Source of the DNA: Anaerovoracaceae bacterium
GTDB taxonomy: Bacteria; Bacillota; Clostridia; Christensenellales; Borkfalkiaceae
Assembly: GCA_963599785.1 (NCBI GenBank)
Contig: CAVBZJ010000001.1
Span: 17,701-66,175 of the forward strand
Reading direction: 5' to 3'
DNA: 48,475 nt
Positions 43,633-48,475 of the stretch are shown here, one piece after another. Position 1 is the stretch's first letter. Every line of letters starts with the position of its first letter. A program made the position numbers and the translations under genes. Below the pieces are notes generated by a model. That model was not told the origin of the DNA. It saw only the letters and a list, made by a program, of their open reading frames with translations, and ran no database searches.

Positions 43633-44577
43633 TCAATACGTCGTTTCTTCTATTTTGGAAACGAGGAATTTTCTCACGATAACGGCTATTATGCAGGAAA
43701 CGGCGGTGAGCAGAAGCCCCATTGCCGAAGCCTGATACAGATAACCCGATGTCAGCGGGTTCGTTGAACGCTGAACCCTTATATAAATCCAGTTGGCTAC
43801 GGTCTGCGTGCCGTAATCTCCGCCGTTCGCGAGCAGGAACACGTTACCCGATGCGCCGAATATTCCCGCAAGCTGTAACGTAACCATAAGCACGAAGGTC
43901 GGCCACACGAGCGGAAGAATTATACCGAACATCTCGCGCACCCAGCTCACGCCGTCGAGCCGCGCCGATTCTATAACCGAATCGGGGATTCTCGAAAAAG
44001 TGCCGCCCCAGACAATAAGATTGCCGGGGAAAGTGAGCCAAATATAATTAAGGAATATCATTTTGTTGGCGAAATTCGGATCTTTAAGCGGATCTACCAG
44101 CTCGTAATCTATGCCCGATATTTTTTCAAGGAATTTCGGGAAGAAGTTTTCGGGCGAGCAGAACTTGATGAAAAAGAAGCTGACCACGACCGAGGAAACT
44201 ATCTGCGGCAGATAAAAAAGCACTCTGAACACCCTGTAACCGAAAATCTTTTTGTAAATAAAATAGGAAACGAAAAGACTTATCGGGAACATTATAATCT
44301 GTATACCGAACGTCTTGAAGGTGTTTACGAAAGCAAGTTGCAGGTTTTCTACCGGATTGTTAGAACCGTTTTTCATCTTATCGAAAATCCACGCAAAGTT
44401 TTCGAGAGTGAAACGAAGTTCGCCCTTTTCCGGCAGTTGAAACGCCATAAGAATAGAATTGAAATTAACGTAAACGTAGAAAACGAGAAAAGAGATAACG
44501 GGTACTATCATAAAAGACAGTATAAACAGCGTCTCCTCCGTCTTTTTCTTTTTTAAGTTCTCATCCTTTTTTACCAT
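43633..44577 (-). CDS. Carbohydrate ABC transporter permease (MalF/LplB-like)
   Basis: The EAA loop is ESARLDGVSWVREMFGIILP. I moved the start to the ATG at 44577, which follows GGAGGA after 6 nt. Confidence 0.85.
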   Translation of the reverse strand: MVKKDENLKKKKTEETLFILSFMIVPVISFLVFYVYVNFNSILMAFQLPEKGELRFTLENFAWIFDKMKNGSNNPVENLQLAFVNTFKTFGIQIIMFPISLFVSYFIYKKIFGYRVFRVLFYLPQIVSSVVVSFFFIKFCSPENFFPKFLEKISGIDYELVDPLKDPNFANKMIFLNYIWLTFPGNLIVWGGTFSRIPDSVIESARLDGVSWVREMFGIILPLVWPTFVLMVTLQLAGIFGASGNVFLLANGGDYGTQTVANWIYIRVQRSTNPLTSGYLYQASAMGLLLTAVSCIIAVIVRKFLVSKIEETTY

Positions 44578-44642
44578 TCGTTCTCCTCCGAATACCAACG
44601 TTTTCAATGGCAAACGGGCATAGTTATCCCTATTTTTCCTTG

Positions 44643-44671
44643 ATTATAACACGCCCGACTTTACTCGTCAA
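44643..44671 (-). promoter_or_regulatory. Sigma-A type promoter of the roughly 15-kb glycan-locus operon
   Basis: Minus strand reads TTGACG (44671-44666), a 17-nt spacer, then TATAAT (44648-44643). Confidence 0.6.
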
Positions 44672-44679
44672 TATCCCAA

Positions 44680-44758
44680 CTCGTCTATTTCTTACTCTCT
44701 ATTATCCTGTTTTTCGCTGTATTGCGCTAAAATCTTTATTATTTACTCTCGGTTATCC
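44680..44758. repeat. Conserved upstream activator-site block with two direct repeats spaced 51 bp apart (copy B)
   Basis: 44680-44712 matches 28325-28357. The repeats are CTCTCTATTATCC (44695-44707) and CTCTCGGTTATCC (44746-44758). The block starts 14 nt upstream of the -35 box, exactly as in copy A. Confidence 0.7.
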
Positions 44759-44790
44759 TTATTATTCCCTTAATTTGCCAAAGTATTTGC

Positions 44791-44826
44791 AAAAACCGCC
44801 CGCATCTGATATGGTTTAGCGGGCAG
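44791..44826 (-). terminator. Weak intrinsic terminator candidate
   Basis: Minus strand reads GCCCGC, a 15-nt loop, then GCGGGC followed by GGTTTTT. Confidence 0.35.
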
Positions 44827-44886
44827 CGTGTCCTCAATGCAGAATTCCGCTTTATTTTGCGATAGACAAATAAACCGAAGTTTAGC

Positions 44887-44920
44887 GAAAAAACGCTGCT
44901 CTTCCCTCAGCGTTGTTTTT
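44887..44920. terminator. Bidirectional intrinsic terminator
   Basis: A 7-bp stem pairs aacgctg (44892-44898) with cagcgtt (44908-44914). It is flanked by an A-run and a T-run. Confidence 0.55.
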
Positions 44921-44990
44921 GTATTTGTATTCTTTTTTTGTTTACGGGTCGGGAATCGTTCCTTCCGAACACGTCCTCGAAAATTGTTAT

Positions 44991-45029
44991 AGAAAAGAGT
45001 CGATAGTCCGTTTTTAAGACTATCGACTC
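44991..45029 (-). terminator. Intrinsic terminator of the AraC/GyrI and ABC-2 exporter operon
   Basis: A perfect 12-bp stem pairs gagtcgatagtc (44997-45008) with gactatcgactc (45018-45029). TTTTCT follows on the minus strand. It lies 36 nt downstream of the stop at 45066. Confidence 0.7.
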
Positions 45030-45065
45030 CATATTTGTATCTATGTAGTTACAATGCGTAATCTC

Positions 45066-45806
45066 TTATTCCCATCGGAAGAAACATGCGGAGAGAACGG
45101 AACAAAACGCGATAACCACAAGCATTACGCAGATAGGTAGCAGTATGCTGTTTGCGCCGATACCGAGGAACATATTTTTCATCATCGTTAGTCCATGCGT
45201 TAAAGGGAATACGCTGACGACCTGTTGCATTGCCTTTGGCATAACCTCAATCGGAAGCGTCGTCCCGGAAAGAACAAGCATCGGGAAATAAAGGACGCAG
45301 GCAATAATGCTTGCTTGTTTTGTATTCTTTGCAATACCGCCCACCAACATACCGATTGACAGAGTTGAGAGCATTGTAAGTGCCCAACTGCCGAGAAATG
45401 CCCAGAACGAACCATGTAGTTTTACGCCCCACAAAAGTGCGACAATAGACAGCGTTGCAAGGGACAAGGCACAGTAAATGACGTACATAGCAAGTTCCAC
45501 GCCGAGTATGAATACGGGACTGACAGGCGTAACGCGCAACCTTTTGAGAATTTTCATCTCTCGTAAGCCCGATACCGCAAGTGGCAGTCCCATCAATCCG
45601 CTTGCGCAAATAGCGATCGCGCTGACCGCTCCGAAAGACTGTTCCAAAGCAGTATAATTCGCCCCGTCATAAGCAGGTTTTGCGCCATATACAATGCCGA
45701 GAATAATGAACACTATAAGCGGCATAATCACGGCAAAAATCACCATATTCATATCACGCAGACTAAGTTTCAACTCGGTTTTCAAAAAAGTAAAAAATCG
45801 TTTCAT
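45066..45806 (-). CDS. ABC-2 type exporter permease
   Basis: It is 246 aa with six hydrophobic segments. Its start overlaps the stop of the ATPase gene (45803-45806). Confidence 0.75.
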   Translation of the reverse strand: MKRFFTFLKTELKLSLRDMNMVIFAVIMPLIVFIILGIVYGAKPAYDGANYTALEQSFGAVSAIAICASGLMGLPLAVSGLREMKILKRLRVTPVSPVFILGVELAMYVIYCALSLATLSIVALLWGVKLHGSFWAFLGSWALTMLSTLSIGMLVGGIAKNTKQASIIACVLYFPMLVLSGTTLPIEVMPKAMQQVVSVFPLTHGLTMMKNMFLGIGANSILLPICVMLVVIAFCSVLSACFFRWE

Positions 45807-46525
45807 GCACCCACCTCCTCGTCCGACAATTTTAAGTACGCATCTTCAAAGTGTTCACAGCCACACTGCTCCTTTGCTTGTTCAACGGTTCCGCGGAAAA
45901 CGACAATCCCCTTTTTCAGAATACAAATCTCATCGCACAAGGCTTCGACTTCATCCATAAAGTGAGAAGTCAGAAATATTGTAAGACCTTGCTTTTTAAG
46001 TGATTCAAGCGTTTTCCACACGCTACGCCGTGCTTTTGCGTCAAGCCCTGTCGTCAGTTCGTCAAGGAAAACGACCTCCGGTTGCGGAATCAGTGCGAGG
46101 ACAATAAAAAGTCGCTGACGTTCGCCGCCGGAAAGACTTTTCACCGCAGCTTTTGTTTTATCACCAATGCCGAACTGCTCGCAAAGCGTGCGCCAATCGG
46201 CAGGTTTGCGATAAAGACTTGCCGTTTCCCTGCAAAGTTCGTAAACCTTGATCTCCTTCTGATAATCGCCCTCTTGGAATTGTACGCCGACGCGTTCAAA
46301 CAATGAGCGGCGTTGCTTTTTCGGATCTTGTCCAAGCAACCGAACCGTTCCCTCGTCAGCCTTCTTCGTGCCGAGTATGCACTCTATCGTGGTGCTTTTC
46401 CCCGCGCCGTTTGCCCCGAGTAGTCCGAATACCGTACCTCTTTTCACCGAGAAATTCAAATGATTGACTACGGTTTTCTCTCCATATGTTTTTGTTAATC
46501 CTTCGACAAAAATCGCTTCACTCAT
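45803..46525 (-). CDS. ABC transporter ATP-binding protein
   Basis: Walker A is GANGAGKST, the signature motif is LSGGERQRL, and Walker B is VVFLDELTTGLD. Confidence 0.9.
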   Translation of the reverse strand: MSEAIFVEGLTKTYGEKTVVNHLNFSVKRGTVFGLLGANGAGKSTTIECILGTKKADEGTVRLLGQDPKKQRRSLFERVGVQFQEGDYQKEIKVYELCRETASLYRKPADWRTLCEQFGIGDKTKAAVKSLSGGERQRLFIVLALIPQPEVVFLDELTTGLDAKARRSVWKTLESLKKQGLTIFLTSHFMDEVEALCDEICILKKGIVVFRGTVEQAKEQCGCEHFEDAYLKLSDEEVGA

Positions 46526-47406
46526 TTCTGAATCCTCCGCACGGCTCGTAGCTCAATGTATCCGCGCTGTCCGCGAGGTTCTAATTGAATGCGCGGATTT
46601 TCATCGTCCCAGCGGTAGCCGATGACGGACGGATCGTAACTATCCATTGCCGTTTGTACGGTGCGGATAGCTTCGCAATAATCCTCTTCGCGGAAAGATG
46701 GTCCTTGAAACATAAGATATTCTGCTTCTGGCAAACGAATGGTTTCAAATCCTTCCGGAATGATTCCCATGTAGTCGGTTTCAACCTCAACACCCTGCAC
46801 ATAGGTGGATGTATTCGGCTTTTTATATTTTTCGGGTAACCACATGGAAACCGGTTCTCCGCAGAGCGACTTCATGCTCATAAGAATACCCCAAACGTCA
46901 CAACTGACTTCTTCGCAGTACGGAAAATAGTCCGCCGCCTGCTTACCGCGTTTGATAATGCACAGGCGTTCCGGTTTGCGGATAACCTGTATAAAAATAG
47001 GTTGAATGTTTGACACGTCGATGTCCTCCTTTTTTAGTTCTCGATATTTTGCACCGTAAGGAATAAAGAAGGTGATAGGAACGGGATTTTTCATATAATC
47101 GCTTGGATTCAGCCCGAATTCTCTGTAAAATGCCCGTGTAAAGGTATCTACATTGGAAAATCCTGCGTCAAACGCCGCGCGGGTGACCTTTACGTTACCG
47201 CTTTTAAGTTGTTTAGCCGCCTGAGTAAGCCGATATTTACGAATATACTCAGTCGGCGTCAGCCCCAGAGAGTCACGGAACAGTCGATAAGAATACCACG
47301 GAGAAAACAACGATGCGCGCGCTAAGTCCGACAAATTGATTTCTTCCGCATTATTCTTCTCGATATAATCCTGCATCCGCTGTACAGCTAAAATCTGTTC
47401 TTTCAT
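46522..47406 (-). CDS. AraC-family regulator with a GyrI-like effector-binding domain
   Basis: The N-terminal HTH is LSDLARASLFSPWYSYRLFRDSLGLTPTEYIRKYRLTQAAKQL...FSNVDTFTRAFYREFGLNPSDY. The C-terminal region of about 170 aa is typical of GyrI-like domains. Its stop overlaps the ATPase start. Confidence 0.75.
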   Translation of the reverse strand: MKEQILAVQRMQDYIEKNNAEEINLSDLARASLFSPWYSYRLFRDSLGLTPTEYIRKYRLTQAAKQLKSGNVKVTRAAFDAGFSNVDTFTRAFYREFGLNPSDYMKNPVPITFFIPYGAKYRELKKEDIDVSNIQPIFIQVIRKPERLCIIKRGKQAADYFPYCEEVSCDVWGILMSMKSLCGEPVSMWLPEKYKKPNTSTYVQGVEVETDYMGIIPEGFETIRLPEAEYLMFQGPSFREEDYCEAIRTVQTAMDSYDPSVIGYRWDDENPRIQLEPRGQRGYIELRAVRRIQK

Positions 47407-47623
47407 ATTCCTTCAACTCCTTACAGCTAATAATTATACCGCAAAGAACAATTTTTTTCTCGACTTTCCTTGCCTATTTAAGGTTTTCTTTTTATGCGAC
47501 GTTTTTATACTCCTTTGTTGACTTAGAGGCGGAGCAAATCTTGCAGCGTGCGGTAAATTCTTTCCCCGTGCTTTTCGTACCCCGCTTAAAAAAGCGAGTT
47601 GTAAAAACCAAAAATACCAGAAT

Positions 47624-48106
47624 ATGTACAGAAGATTATTAGACGATATTCATACGCCGTCAATAAACCGTCCTTTATCCGACGGGTACGAATTAGTACA
47701 AAGCGTATGCTGCGTGCTATTACAGCATTTAGGGAAAAAGCTTGACGATATTGTAGGGGTTAACAAATACAAACGCTCCGCAAGCGTGTTAAAGCTTTGC
47801 TATTCCGCAGTAAACGAGATTACCTATCGTTATACCCGCGACGCTTACCTCAAAGATTTTATCGAGGACGAAGCCGCTATTTCAAAACCGATTGAAACCG
47901 AGATTACCGATACCGAAAAGGAATACGAGAAAGTGGATGAAATCATAGAACGTCTTAACCTGTCAAAAGCGGAGAAAGAAACTTTATTGTTATGTATACA
48001 CGGATACGGAGCGTTTACTATTGCGAGAATGTTATCCGTCACTCACGGCACGGTATGGGCAAGGCGGCAACGCATAATGAAAAAATATGTCGCTATTATG
48101 GTTTAA
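47624..48106 (+). CDS. Small HTH protein with a sigma-70 region-4-like C-terminus
   Basis: The C-terminus is LSKAEKETLLLCIHGYGAFTIARMLSVTHGTVWARRQRIMKKY. The N-terminal 110 aa are uncharacterised. Confidence 0.5.
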   Translation: MYRRLLDDIHTPSINRPLSDGYELVQSVCCVLLQHLGKKLDDIVGVNKYKRSASVLKLCYSAVNEITYRYTRDAYLKDFIEDEAAISKPIETEITDTEKEYEKVDEIIERLNLSKAEKETLLLCIHGYGAFTIARMLSVTHGTVWARRQRIMKKYVAIMV

Positions 48107-48140
48107 TCCTATATGACCTTAACCGAATATGTTTTACGAC

Positions 48141-48180
48141 AACGCCCGTCAGAGAGTTTTTCTTACGGGCGTTTTCTTTG
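48141..48180 (+). terminator. Intrinsic terminator
   Basis: The stem pairs aacgcccgt (48141-48149) with acgggcgtt (48165-48173), followed by ttctttg. It lies 35 nt after the stop at 48106. Confidence 0.6.
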
Positions 48181-48475
48181 TAATTTTTAAAAATATTTAA
48201 CGATATTTATCGATAACGAGCGATACCCTTTGCACGTTTTTGTTCGTTTATTTGGCATTTTTTTAAAATCGTCGTTTTTCGGGGTTTGCAAATTTTATAC
48301 TTTTATTTCGACCTTCGGACTCTTTTTGTTACAACTTTTAATCTGCTTTTTACGCAAATATTCGCTTCGACAGGGCTTTAAAAACGCCCTTAACAAAGAC
48401 TCTTTTCCGAGAAAATTTTTAAAAATCAAAACCCTTGAAATCGTCAGTGATTTACAAGGGTTAAAGGGTAGCACC

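Noticed and set aside
1-48475. Search for CRISPR arrays, tRNA/rRNA genes, transposases, integrases, toxin-antitoxin pairs or known defence genes
   Set aside because: I saw no regularly spaced direct repeats, no cloverleaf-like or rRNA-like segments in intergenic regions, and no DDE, tyrosine or serine recombinase, nuclease, helicase or methyltransferase motifs in any translated ORF.

Overview
This is a 48.5-kb window from a Gram-positive, Clostridia-like genome, judged from GGAGG ribosome-binding sites, sigma-A type promoters, lipobox lipoproteins and an archaeal-type SipW signal peptidase. It is transcribed almost entirely on the minus strand. No rRNA, tRNA, CRISPR array, transposase or integrase was seen. 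Many long plus-strand ORFs in the track are Arg-rich shadows of minus-strand genes.

Layout, left to right:

1. 1-8.4 kb: three paralogous secreted surface proteins, an AraC regulator and a nucleoside hydrolase.
2. 8.6-13.9 kb: one operon encoding a solute-binding protein, a hybrid histidine kinase, an Hpt protein and a GGDEF-REC-HD-GYP enzyme. Together these form a c-di-GMP phosphorelay.
3. 14.0-24.8 kb: an operon of about 10.8 kb. It starts with a consensus promoter and a leader carrying the hallmark blocks of a c-di-GMP-I (GEMM-I) riboswitch plus an intrinsic terminator. It then encodes four TasA/BsaA-like proteins with SipW-type signal peptides, SipW itself, and a 1993-aa GLUG-repeat giant protein.
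4. 24.9-44.7 kb: a glycan-utilisation-like locus. It contains a GH29 fucosidase, Cys-repeat lipoproteins, a secreted metallophosphoesterase, putative hydrolases, and an ABC solute-binding protein with two permeases. An AraC regulator sits inside it, and two of its promoters share a conserved repeat architecture.
5. 44.8-48.5 kb: a compositionally different module, set off by stacked terminators. It encodes an AraC/GyrI regulator, an ABC-2 exporter and a sigma-region-4-like HTH protein.

The most interesting hypothesis is a self-contained circuit: phosphorelay, then c-di-GMP, then riboswitch, then a SipW-dependent fibre and giant adhesin. Other notable items are two unannotated paralogous 38-aa ORFs, a Cys-containing C-terminal sorting-like signal on three surface proteins, and extracellular Cys3-His repeat modules.
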